From Takakia lepidozioides (lineage: Eukaryota; Plantae; Bryophyta): a DNA stretch of 64,000 nt. Shown piece by piece: positions 12,811 through 23,680 of this stretch. The position numbers and the translations under genes were made by a program. The DNA lies in the NCBI GenBank assembly GCA_030704615.1, contig CM060734.1, positions 39,742,001 through 39,806,000 of the forward strand. Reading direction: 5' to 3'. The notes under the pieces are model-generated. The model did no database searches. It saw only the letters and a program-made list of their open reading frames with translations, and had not been told where the DNA came from. How positions within the stretch are numbered: position 1 is the first letter of the stretch; each line of letters begins with the position of its first letter.

Positions 12811-13137
12811 TGTCAAGTTATTTTACCACTAGTGTGAAACTAGCTAGGAAATAGCTAGCTTTTACATATTGACATTTGGGATTGGCCCAAGTGTCAATCC
12901 AGGGGTCAAGGCAGATTTAGGCCCTGGAGTGGTTATCTTCACGGCAAGCGCGGGAGGCTCATCTTTCTCGAGTTGAGCCTCACCGCGCCTAGCTATGGCG
13001 CCGTAGTATGATTTCCCCATGGCGTGGGGTGCACTTGGCTTGACTTGTATTTGAGTGATGAGGTTATATATGCATGAGTTTATGCTTCAGCTTTGTGAGC
13101 TCGCATGAGCTTGTGCTTGTATTCTTCCTCTTTATCA
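12811..13137 (+). repeat. Family A LTR segment B (5' terminus)
   Basis: 327 bp, TGTCAAG...TTTATCA; repeated at 23357-23482 (partial), 27164-27489 and, inverted, 52064-52390. Confidence 0.95.
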
Positions 13138-13153
13138 CTCGAGAAAGATGAGC
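13138..13153 (+). promoter_or_regulatory. Self-complementary primer-binding site
   Basis: CTCGAGAAAGATGAGC directly after the LTR is the exact reverse complement of LTR 12957-12972; it does not begin with TGG as tRNA PBSs do. Confidence 0.75.
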
Positions 13154-14514
13154 TCGTATCTGTGAGTGCCAGATACGAGTTAGTTGTAGCACTTGTGATT
13201 TTTGCTTGAGAATGAGAGAAACCAGGTTGTTATGCAAGGAGCACCGTGGAGCTCTTGGTTGTTAGAAGCGGAGGCGATGTGGGTTACGAGGTGGTAGACC
13301 TTGGCATTCGATCTTCAGTTTCAGAGATGAAAGCATCATGCTGCAGGTAATTCCAGAGCACCTTGATGGTTTCAGATTGTGTACATGCATGAGCAAGCAC
13401 GATTGGAAGAGGACCAGTCAAGAGCAGGTTATAGTGGCTTTGGTGGCAAATCTGAGAACTAGCCTTGGGAATGCGAGCTTTCATTGTGTGAAGGATTGCA
13501 GACCAAGCGAAAGGGCTGATTTGGCTTGGGGCAAATCAGTGCACTTTGTGGAGTATGTTGAGATTGGGTTTCAATCTCGAGCTTTAGCATTGAGAGGGCT
13601 CTTGTCATGGCAAGAGTAGGGCTGGAACAGGAGCTAAGAGATGCGGCAAGACAATGGAATGTGCACCTAGGGTTTCAGAGCTTGGAAGAAGAGCTCTTGC
13701 ACCACAAGAGGAGTGTCTTGTGGCTGGAAATGTAAGCCTTAGGGTTTCAGGAGCTTGGCAAAGGCTGTGGAGTGCTTAGTCTTGTCTTAGAGAGCATCAA
13801 TGAGCCAAGGAGCCAAGATAGGGGGCTGATACTCTTGTGTGAAGAGGTTGTGTGTGGAGCATGTATTCAGCTCATTGAAGCTTCCATCTTCAAGCTTGGA
13901 GGGCAAGCAAGGAAGAGGGAAGGGCTGACTTCCTTTATGTGAGGGCAATGCATGTGTGGAGCATGTTTTCAGCCTATTGAAGGCTTGTATTTTCAGGTTG
14001 GTGGGTGCAAGAAAGGAAGCAAAGGGACTGATTCTCTTGTGGTGAGAGTGGGGCATGTGTGGAGCATGCCTTCAGTCCATTGGGCTTTTGTTTTCAAGCT
14101 TTAGAGAACTAGAAGAGAAGGTAAGGGGCTGATCTGCTCTTATGTGACAGTCCGACACTTGTAGAGCGTGTTCTTAGTTGTTGGGTTTCAACCTCAAGCC
14201 TAGATAGAGCATGGCTCTTGAAGTGGCAGATGTAGGGGGCTGGAATAGGCTCTAAAACAGATGCTATGACCAAGGAAAACGCTTGAATGAGTGCTCACAA
14301 GGGCTGGAAACCAGCAAGGCTTGGTTGTTTGCCATTGAGTTTAGTGGCGTGTTTGGGGAGTCTAAGTGAGAAAGAAGGCTTGGTTTGTGGCAACCATCTT
14401 CCTCATGGCTTAGGGCTACTATTGGTGGGGTGTGGGAGCCGAAAGAGCAAGAATGGCTTGGCGTGGCTAAACCCCTTGGAGAAATGGCTAAACTGCCATG
14501 AGTGGCCATGGATG

Positions 14515-15010
14515 GGGCCTATGGCCTGTGGGGTTGTGACCTGTGAGGGGTTGTGACAGGCTGTGCCTGTGGCCTGTGGGGCTGTGACAGGCTGTTCCCT
14601 GTGGCCTGTGGGCCTGGCCCGGCTGTGCCCTGTGCCCTGACCCCTGTGACCTGTGTAGGGCTATGACAGGCTGTGATGGGCTGTGAGGGGCTATGCCCTG
14701 TGGCCTGTGGGGCTGTGACGGGCTGTGACAGGCTGTGGCCTTTGGGGCTGTGACCCCTCTGACCTGTGTAGGGATGTGACGGGATGTGACAGGCTGTGGC
14801 CTTTGGGGCTGTGACCCCTGTGACCTGTGTAGGGCTGTGACAGGTTGTGGCCTTTTGGGGCTGTGCTGTGTGCCTGTGACAGGCTGTGACCCCTGTGACC
14901 TGTGTGGGGCTGTGACAGGCTTTGACCTGTGGCTTTGGGGGTGTGATGGCTGTGGTGTGGGGCTGTGACGGCTGTGACCAGTGATGTGTGTGGGCCTGTG
15001 CTGGTCTATG
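14515..15010 (+). repeat. Degenerate GGCTGTGAC/GCCTGTG tandem array in the family A 5' UTR
   Basis: Visible short-period repeats; longer inverted counterpart at about 35160-36109. Confidence 0.9.
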
Positions 15011-15889
15011 GTGGCCCGTGTTGATTTGTGGACAGCTTGTACTGACTCGTGGAGGCACTGGTGGACTGCCTAAGGACTGGCATGTCTTGAAGGCCGAATT
15101 TTGAAGCTCGTGGAGGACGGTTTGAGGAGTATCTTCATGATATTTCCATGGTCATGCAAGCGAGGGAAGAGAGGAGAGAAGAGTGTTGGGATGAGGGCAT
15201 GCTGGGGTAGGCATTGCTTTAGCTTCTCTTCCTCGTAGTTTTCCACCCTCTCATTAGGCCAAGACCTTTCCGTAGGTGGAGGCAAAAATCAGTCCGGGTT
15301 TGGGCTGGGGTATCCTTGCAGAGCAACACCGTGGAGTTGTTTTGGTGGGAATTGTCTGATTTCTGTTTGGATCCCCTCCATACCTGCATGCTTGACTGTG
15401 CGCCATGTTAGTTTTGTGTGGGCGCTTGTTTTTATAGGTGATTCGTCCGGATTTGATTCACCGGCCAGTCCTAGAGCATGCTGTCGATTGTGAGGCTGGG
15501 GTGATGACCAGTCAGACCATCATTGTTTCTCCTGTGGTGAGGTTGGAGGTGATGACCAGCCAACCATAGGAGTGCTTGCGGTGGATGTAGGTGCAGGTGT
15601 AGGCTATGTTAGGAACCTTAGTATTCCAAACCATAAGCCGCAACAGGTTCTCTACCCCGGTTACCTTGTGGAGAGGGGGGTTAGGGACCCCGGTTGAGTG
15701 ACAGTTTGTCAACACGGAGGTGCCACTAGTTGCTGGGGACAGTGTCGGTTCGAGCACTAGCGATACTAGTGGGTACACGAGACGAGGTGTGCGGTTTAGG
15801 CCACCTTCACCTCCTGTGTCTTCTACGGAAGGTTCTGATTCAGATTGTGAATCAGGAGGACTCACACCGGCGGTGCAAGTTGTTTCCTT

Positions 15890-17100
15890 GCCATTGTTGT
15901 GGGACGCGATGGAGGAGATCTATGGAGCTACCAAGGGGCCACGAAGGTACTCTGGGGCAATAGGCACCATCGAGTTGGATGATTTTATCCAAGAGTTTGA
16001 TAGTTGGTCTATTTGCAGCAAATGCGCAATCCACAACTATTTACGTCTTTCATGGCATGGAAGGGGCTGTTTCAGCACCTTGAGGGGCCGCCTATGGATG
16101 ATACCATGAGTTCAGGGGGGGCATGAGGTTGAGATCGAGGAGTGGAGGATGTACTGGTCACCCGACTATGTCTCCATCATTAGGGGCACTAGAGCCACGA
16201 GGGCAGTGGCTACACCTGCCGCTGCATCGGCAGCTTCAGCAAGCAGCAATGGGACTAGTGGGACTGGTGGTACAGTAGCTACGACGTCCACCCAAGCCAC
16301 TACCGCACCAGCACTAGCACCCGTGCCTGCCTTCAACCCTGTTGTGGAGTTCTTCGAAGAGTTGAGAGGGAACTACCAAGGGGTGAGGACAGAGAAGTTG
16401 CGGAGCTTGCAAGAGTTCCAACGGAAGCCGACCGAGAGCTTGAGGGAGGCTTTCACTCGCATGAGGCGCTTGATAAATGTAACCCAAGGGGTTACGGAAG
16501 CTCAGGCAGTCCAATTCTGGTATGGGATATTGGACAAGGAGCTGAGGAGAAGGGTGCGGGATGCAACTCTCCTACAAGCGGCCCAACCCACCTTAGCAAA
16601 TGTGTTTTTGCTGGCAGAGCGGATAGAGCTCAACATGGTGGAGGAACGAGTGGTCATGGTGGGATTTGCTAAGGAGACACCACGGGGTAGTGGTGCTCCT
16701 AGCCAACCACTACCTCAACGTGCTCAAGGCAACAAGGGGCTCAGGTGAAGCTCAGGGAAGGGCAGAGAGGACCTCAGATGCAGGGGTCTCTCCCTTCATT
16801 TGCTGGCCAACAACGGGCGGATGTGGTGTGTTGGACATGTGGAGGACCCCATGTCAAGAAGGATTGTCCAGAGGGAGGCAAAGGGCCGGCACATGCACAG
16901 CCTGCACAGTTGCAGTGTGGGCATTGTGGCAAGCACGGGCATGGAGAGGCCCAGTGTTATGGTTTGCATCCTGAGTTGCGCCCAGGCCAGTTCCAAGGGA
17001 ACAATGGTGGCCGGGGCGAGGTGGAGCAGCCCAGAGAGGACGAGGTGGCCAGCCACGGGTGAGGCCAAGGGCAAGCTCAACATGGCCAAGGACGCGGAGG
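15890..17100 (+). pseudogene. Family A gag with two zinc knuckles
   Basis: FQRKPTESLREAFTRMRRL; CWTCGGPHVKKDC; CGHCGKHGHGEAQC; frameshifts. Confidence 0.9.
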
Positions 17101-17849
17101 TCAGGGTGTTGACCAAGGCATGGCCAACCGGCTTCAAGCTAGAGCAGAGGCTCGCTGCCATGGCTACAGCTCAGGTGGTACCGGCTCCAAGGCCGGATGG
17201 TCCACCTCCTGCTCCTGAGGGAGGAGATATGGGAGGCATGGGATTCATGTGTGGAGCAGCACTACCACTAGTGCAGGTGGAGTCTGCTGCAGCCGTGACT
17301 CGAGGAGCAGCAGAGTTCCTGAGCCACGAGGTGCAGAGGTGGAGTTGGATCCACAGCGTGGGGAGGCAAGCCGTCAGGCTAGGCTTCCTCAGTCATTCAC
17401 ATTGGCGAGAGACAGTGTCGACGCCATCCATGGCACCTAGTTCTCGCCCGACTGTTACCGAGGCGGAGGTTACTATGCCATTGGGGAGAGCTACACGGGT
17501 AGCACCACTACCTAGTGTTGCCAAGGCTACGGCAGCTAGTGTGCTGCTGGGAGCGGCCACATCTGTGTGCCAGGCTCCATTGTTCTCGGCTACCATGATT
17601 GCGACGCCGGGGGTAAAGACCAGCTGAGGTGTTCAGGCTGGCAGCTACACTCTGTGAGAGTGGGGAGGTTACTTCATCTTCTGCGGAGATAGTGGGAGGT
17701 GTGTAGTGCCGGAGGGATCCTCGGATTTGAGGGTCAAGACTGCCACGGCGGCGCCATGGCAAGCTGCAGCTGCAAGGTTGATGGAGCTGCCAGCTAGGCC
17801 AGCCATTGAGCGCGCCATGGTGACACCTGGAGTTGTCATGTTAGACAAC

Positions 17850-18260
17850 CAGGATGGCATTTTCTGTTTGAGTGGACCGGCAGGCAAGAGGTACCGGCCA
17901 CTGCGGGTCTTGTTGGACTCGGGAGCTCAGCCATTGATGCTGGGGGAGCTGCTATTGCAGGCTTGGGCCTCACGGAGGCGGATATAGAGCCTTGTCCTTT
18001 CAGATACAGACGTCTCTGGGAGGATCGGAGCAAGCTCGGGGCATGACACGGCGTGAGTTGGCTATCAGACTACGGCCGGATCACCCTACAGATGGCTCAG
18101 TGATGCGAGCCAAGGCCATTGTGACAGACGCAGTCTCGTACGATGTCCTGGTTGGTGGGGCAGTGTTGTACCCCATGGGCTTCACCCTGGATTTTTGGGA
18201 AGAGTCAGCTTCCTATAGGCCTGGATGGCAGTCAGGGGAGGGCCGGCGTGTGCAGCTCCC
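17850..18260 (+). pseudogene. Family A aspartic protease
   Basis: RVLLDSGAQPLM and YDVLVGGAVL motifs. Confidence 0.88.
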
Positions 18261-18609
18261 TGTGACGTTCATAGGAGGAGTTGCGGTTACCCAGCGGGGC
18301 AAGATGCCGACACTAGCAGCATTCACAGCAGTGAGTTGGCCTGGAGAGTTGCTTGAGGGCAACTCATTCAGAGGATGTGCCACCTCGGGAGAGCAGGATG
18401 ACATGTATGGTATGGCGGAGTTGCCTGTCATGGTTGCTCAGACTCCATTGTGGGGCACGAGCAAGGATTTGCAGCGGGATGCTGATCGACGGGTGCAACA
18501 AGCCTGGGTGGAGGCTTTTGTACCGTCAAGAGAGGAGGAGAGTGGGGATTGCACCAGGACCACCTATTGTCTCCATTGGACACCACACCTATTGTGTGGC
18601 AGTATCCGG

Positions 18610-19545
18610 ATGAAGGCATTTGTCTTCTGGACTTGTTTGGCGGGATCAGCACCAAATTGGCTGCTGTGTTACAGGCAGGTTTACGAGTTCGGCGTTACCT
18701 ATATGTGGAGAGGGATGAGACTGCACGACGCGTTTCACTTCGCCATGTTGCTCAGTTGGGCAGCGGTACCCTGAGTTGTTGTCGATGTCAATTCGTGGAT
18801 ATCAGCAGGCCTTGCCAACAGACATTTCGTTGCTGGGGGCGCAGGATTTGGAGCGGGTTGGCTCCATTGATCTGGTAGTGGCAGGTTGGCCTGCCAAGGG
18901 CATTCATCAGCCGGGCATGGCAATGGATTGCGAGACTCAAGGTCGGGTCTGTTTTGGGAGATGGTGCGGGTTTTGCGCCACTTGCAGCTTCATCAAGCTG
19001 TATCTCCAGCATACATCTTGGAGAATGTGCCACTGATGGCGATTCTCGGGCCAGGGTGATGGCCAGTGTGCATCAAGTCCGGTCATGGCTTGGGTCAGCA
19101 GTGTTGCTAGATGCAGCTACAGTGGGGTCACGGGCTCATCGTCCACGGCTATGGTGGACTAACTTGATGCCACCCGCACTGCTCAAGCGTGCATTTGATG
19201 GGGTGCAGCGGCCAGCACATCTCACAGTGGATACATTTTGGACACAGGGAGGCAGTCTCAGCGTGTGAGACACGATGACCGTTCGCCTTTGGCAGTGTCA
19301 ACAAGGTGGGTCAACCACGAGCACATTACCTACACTGCTCAGCTTCCCAGGATCGCATGCTTTCCGGGATAGTGGACCTGGCCTCCTGTGGGATGCTCAG
19401 TTGCAGCAGTTAGTGGAGCCTAATGCTGACGAGCGTGAGCGGGCAATGGGTTTTACCACTGGTACCACGGCGGTGCCGTCTCTTTCTGAGGCATCACGTC
19501 GTCAGTGTTGGGGCAAGCATGGATCTCAATTGCTTGACCTGGATT
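18610..19545 (+). pseudogene. C5 cytosine DNA methyltransferase domain (DNMT3-like) within the gypsy polyprotein
   Basis: Motif I LLDLFGGIS, II YVERD, III ADI/TDI, IV DLVVAGWP(C)QG, VI YILENV, VIII HRPRLWWTNL, IX ERERAMGF, X RRQ..G..MD. Confidence 0.92.
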
Positions 19546-19899
19546 ATCAGCTTGGCTCTGGCTGAGCAACGCAGAGTGCGGAGTACACTTCCCTCAATGG
19601 TCTCTCTGCCTACCGAGACGGTACAGGCAGTGAGTGGGGGCGAGCATGAGAGGACCACGGGGTGCAGGCATGCATCCATGGCACACATGGGAGGTGCTCG
19701 AGGTTCAGAGGGAGTTGGCAGCCAGGCGGCTGTGATGGATGAGGTTGGGGATTTTTCTCGGTTGAGGAGGTCCTCAAGGATGAGATGATGGGCAGGATGA
19801 GGCCTTGTCATTGACTGAGCAGGCAGGGAGTAATGCTCAAGAGGTTGCAACATAGCAACCACTGGAGCGTCCTCTACCTCTAAGCCCACTGGACTTAAG

Positions 19900-21285
19900 G
19901 TTGCAGTTACGGAGGACAATTGGGAGCCTGACATTGGACCCATTGTCACCGGAGGAGAGAGACGACGTATACGGCGGTTCCTGAGGGCTTACAGGAATTG
20001 CTTTGCCTTCAGTTTGAAGGACTTGGGAGCACTGAAGGGTCAAGAGATCCGTATTGAGTTGGCCACTGACACGCCAATCTTTCGGAGACCATAGATACAG
20101 TGACATGGAGAGGTCTTTGATTCAGATGAGGACTCAAGATCTCTGGGAGGCAGGTTTGGTGGAGCTCTCTGGTGGAGAGTATGCTTCAGCACAGTGATGC
20201 CAGCCAAGAAGGATGTCTATGGCAATTGGACGGAGAGACGTATGTGCGGTGATTACCGGCCTGTAAATCGTCAGACCAAGTCCGATAAGTATGCCATGCC
20301 AACACCAGAGGAGATCTTTGATGCCATAGGGCATGCTAAGGCCTTTAGCACTTTGGATTTACGATCCGGATATCACCAGTTGCCAATCAAGGAGGCGGAC
20401 AAGCAGAAGACGGCATTCTGGGGGATCAATGAGCACGGCATGCAAGTTTTCAGAGAGTCATAGATAGGATTCTAGCAGGGGTGGACTTTGCTCGGTGCTA
20501 CATAGATGATATCATCATCTTTAGTGTTACGATGGAGGAGCATGAGAGACACCTTCAGGTGGTATTGGAGCGCTTGAGAGCGCACGGATTGAAGTTGCAT
20601 CCGGGGAAGTGCAAATTTTTCCACAACCAGATTGAGTATCTGGGTCACATGATATATCCTGGAGGATTGGGGGTACAGCAGACTAAGGTAGAGGCCATTG
20701 CACAAATTCCACCCCACGGATGTGAGCCGAGTTGAGCTTTCATGGGTTGGCAAACTATTATAGACGGTTTGTCAAGGGATTAGTACCATTGCAAAGGCTC
20801 TAACCAAGCTGACCAAGGTGGACCAGGAGTGGCAGTGGGAAGATGAGCAGGAACGAGCTTTTCAAGAGCTCAAGGCGAGGTTGACCTCGGCGCCTATCCT
20901 GAGACGACCTATCAGGGGGCGTCCCTTTCAGCTGCATACGGATTGGAGCATGCTGGGGCTTGGAGCGGTGCTCACACAGGTGGATGATGAGGGAAGAGAG
21001 TTCGTAGTGGCTTACGCTAGCCGCTCGAACAACGCTGCAGAGGCTAAGTACAGCTCATATGAGGGAGAGTGCTTAGCTGCAGTGTGGGCCGTGGCACACT
21101 TCAGGTGCTATCTATACGGCAATCTTTTCACCCTTGTCACGGATCACCAGCCACTCAAGTGGTTGATGGAGTCAGACAAGCTTACGGGGAAGCTTGCACG
21201 GTGGGCACTCATACTCCAGGAGTATGACTTTCAGGTTGTGCATCGACCGGTTTGGTCAATCGGGATGCGGATGGATTGAGTCGCA
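19900..21285 (+). pseudogene. Family A RT and RNase H
   Basis: [55 protein letters not shown]. The FGLKNAP region seen in copy 2 is deleted here near 20440. Confidence 0.95.
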
Positions 21286-21639
21286 ATCCATGCATGAGCC
21301 AGCAGGATGACACTGGAGCTCGGTGGCATGGTGAGACGGACGAGGAGATGGTGCCGGGATGGCACGCATCTGCATTTTTGTGTATCTTGGCATCGGGAGG
21401 TCAGATTGGACCTACAACAGGGATGACTGTAGACGGAGTGTCTGAGGACCCTGAAGCTAGTGATGAGCCAGGTGGTGCCAGAGATATACATGAGGATTCG
21501 GCTGTGTTGGACTACCTCCGCACGGGAGACACGGCAGCCATTGTGACTGCCCAGGGAGAGGGATCGGATCCTGCAACGAGCCAAGAGGTTCAAGTGGGAG
21601 GGGATACACCTACTTCGAGTGTGGAGGGTGGTCGGGTGA

Positions 21640-22740
21640 GGATTGTGCCTCACCCCACACAGCGTGCACGGTTAGTGCGGCATGCCCATGAGGAGTTGGG
21701 GCATTTTGGAGTGCGACGCACTCACAGTTTACTGGCAGTATTGGTGCGTGGTATGCATACAGAGGTGCAACAGTTTGTGGCTAGGTGCATGGTGTGTGAC
21801 AGGGTGCGTGCTTCGTTTAACGCCCCTACACCACAGTTGCATCCTTTACCTATCATGGGATTGGGGCTACAGTGGAGTCTTGACTTCGCAGGACCGTTGC
21901 CACTGACTATGCGCCACCACAGATATGTGTTGGTGATGGTGGAGCACTTCTCCAAGTGGATTGAGTTGGTTCCATTGCCTGACAAGGCTAGTGAGGGGGC
22001 TGCGTATGCATTCTTGGATCGTGTGCTTAGCCGATTTGGTGCTCCAGCTGAGGTACTCACGGACCAAGGGAGAGAGTTCTTGGGGGAGTTTCAGGCTTTG
22101 TGTGATAAAGCCTTGATAGACCACCGCACCACTTCTCGGGATCATCCTGAGGCCGATGGCTTAGCAGAGAGAGTTTGTTCAGACGGTGAAGAGGGGTTTG
22201 CGCAAGTATGGCTTGCAGAAGGGACACCTAGGAGATTGGGATCTTCAGGTTCCTTGGTTAGCCATGGGCTACAGGTTCAGCAAACAAGCATCACTTGCCT
22301 CCTTCTCACCATATTTCCTTCTCTTTGGCCGAGAGCCGGATTTGCCTGCAGCCATTCGTAGGGACACTGCTCAAGTCCTTAACCTTGACGATCCGGACGT
22401 GTGGGTACGTGCATGTGATCAGCGTGCAGAGTTGTTCAAGAAAGTCATGCCCATGGCTTTTGAGAACCTTGCCATTGCACAGCACCGTGATACGTTGAGG
22501 TATGCCACTATACGTGGTGGAGGATATCGTCCTGGGGTTCAGAGGTTTAGCCCTGGTGACTATGTTTATTTGCAGCAGACTGCTCCTACGACTCTGGATG
22601 TTACTCAGGCGTGTTATTTTGAGGGTTCGAGAGGTGTTGCCCTCAGGGTCCTGATCTTGGAGGGTCGGGATGGCATGACTTGGAAAGACCATGTGCGTAA
22701 TTGTGCGCCATGTCACCTTCCCAATGTCGATGGCAGAGTT
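21640..22740 (+). pseudogene. Family A DDE integrase
   Basis: HEELGHFG..CMVC zinc finger, SLDFAGP, LTDQGREF, ADGLAER. Confidence 0.93.
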
Positions 22741-22774
22741 GACCCAAACTTGCAGTGGTACCTGCAGGTTTGAG

Positions 22775-22912
22775 GTGCATGCTCTGTGGGTCTGCCAAAG
22801 GGGCAGCCACCATGCTGGTGTGTGATCGATGCTCAAGAGTTGGCATATGGGATGCTTGACACCACCTCTTGAGAGGTCTGACGGAGATTGGTTATGTCCA
22901 CACTGCTTGGGA
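22775..22912 (+). other. PHD finger at the integrase C-terminus (copy 1, frameshifted)
   Basis: Same sequence as the in-frame copy at 26569-26710. Confidence 0.85.
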
Positions 22913-23175
22913 TAGTGGCAGTGGACATGACTAGAGGCAGCTAACAAGACATGGGAGGCCAAGCTCATAGGAGTCAATACACGAGATCCCAGGCTCAAGT
23001 TCACAGGTTGCAAGACGGCGACTAACGATGGGGCAACTCTTGCACCCGGCCTCTTGATCTATCGAGTTTGAGTGTAGTAGGGACAGTGGTGGAGGACTTA
23101 GTGAGGCTATGGTAACTATCACATCTTGTGGCTACCTGAACTTAGAGGGACCTAAGCACCAGCTAGGGGGGCGAT

Positions 23176-23354
23176 TGTGTGGACTAGTGACTGCCATAGT
23201 GGGCAGCATAGTAGCAGCCTAGTGACTGACTAGTTGTAGCCTAGTGGTTGGACTAGTGGGCTGGGACTAGTGGTATACTAGTGTGTGGTGTGCATATGTG
23301 TTGTGTGGTTTTGGACAACGATGTAGTTGTGTAGCGATATGTATGCGCACGACA
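23176..23354 (+). repeat. Family A LTR segment A
   Basis: TGTGTGG...GCACGACA, rich in ACTAGT; follows the PPT; repeated at 26974-27161 and 27491-27678. Confidence 0.93.
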
Positions 23355-23482
23355 GCTGTCAAGTTATTTCACCACTAGTGTGAAACTAGGTAGGAAATAG
23401 CTAGCTTTTACATATTGACATTTGGGATTGGCCCAAGTGTCAATCCAGGGGTCAAGGCAGATTTAGGCCCTGGAGTGGTTAT

Positions 23483-23680
23483 TGTTAGAGGGTTTCTTGG
23501 GACTTGGATGCTTTTACGGGATCTGGGGGGGTACCCTTAATTTTTACACAGACTGAGACCAACAGGAGCCTTAGGGGTGACACAGCAACAGGCTTTAGGG
23601 GAGGAGATACACAGCCCAACACAGTCCATCACAGCCCGACACAGCCGTCACAGCCAACACAGCCGACACAGTCAGACATA
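23483..23680 (+). mobile_element. Truncated family C LTR (5' end) inserted into the family A 3' LTR
   Basis: Begins TGTTAGAGG, the reverse complement of the LTR end at 50464/10937; breaks off in the CACAGCC repeats and joins family A RT. Confidence 0.85.

Larger units (their letters stand above)
12811..23482 (+). mobile_element. Ty3/gypsy LTR retrotransposon family A, copy 1 (gag-PR-DNMT-RT-RH-IN-PHD)
   Basis: Starts TGTCAAG; long 5' UTR; all domains recognisable; PPT AGGGGGGCGA at about 23165-23174; 3' LTR from 23176 cut off at 23482. Confidence 0.95.
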
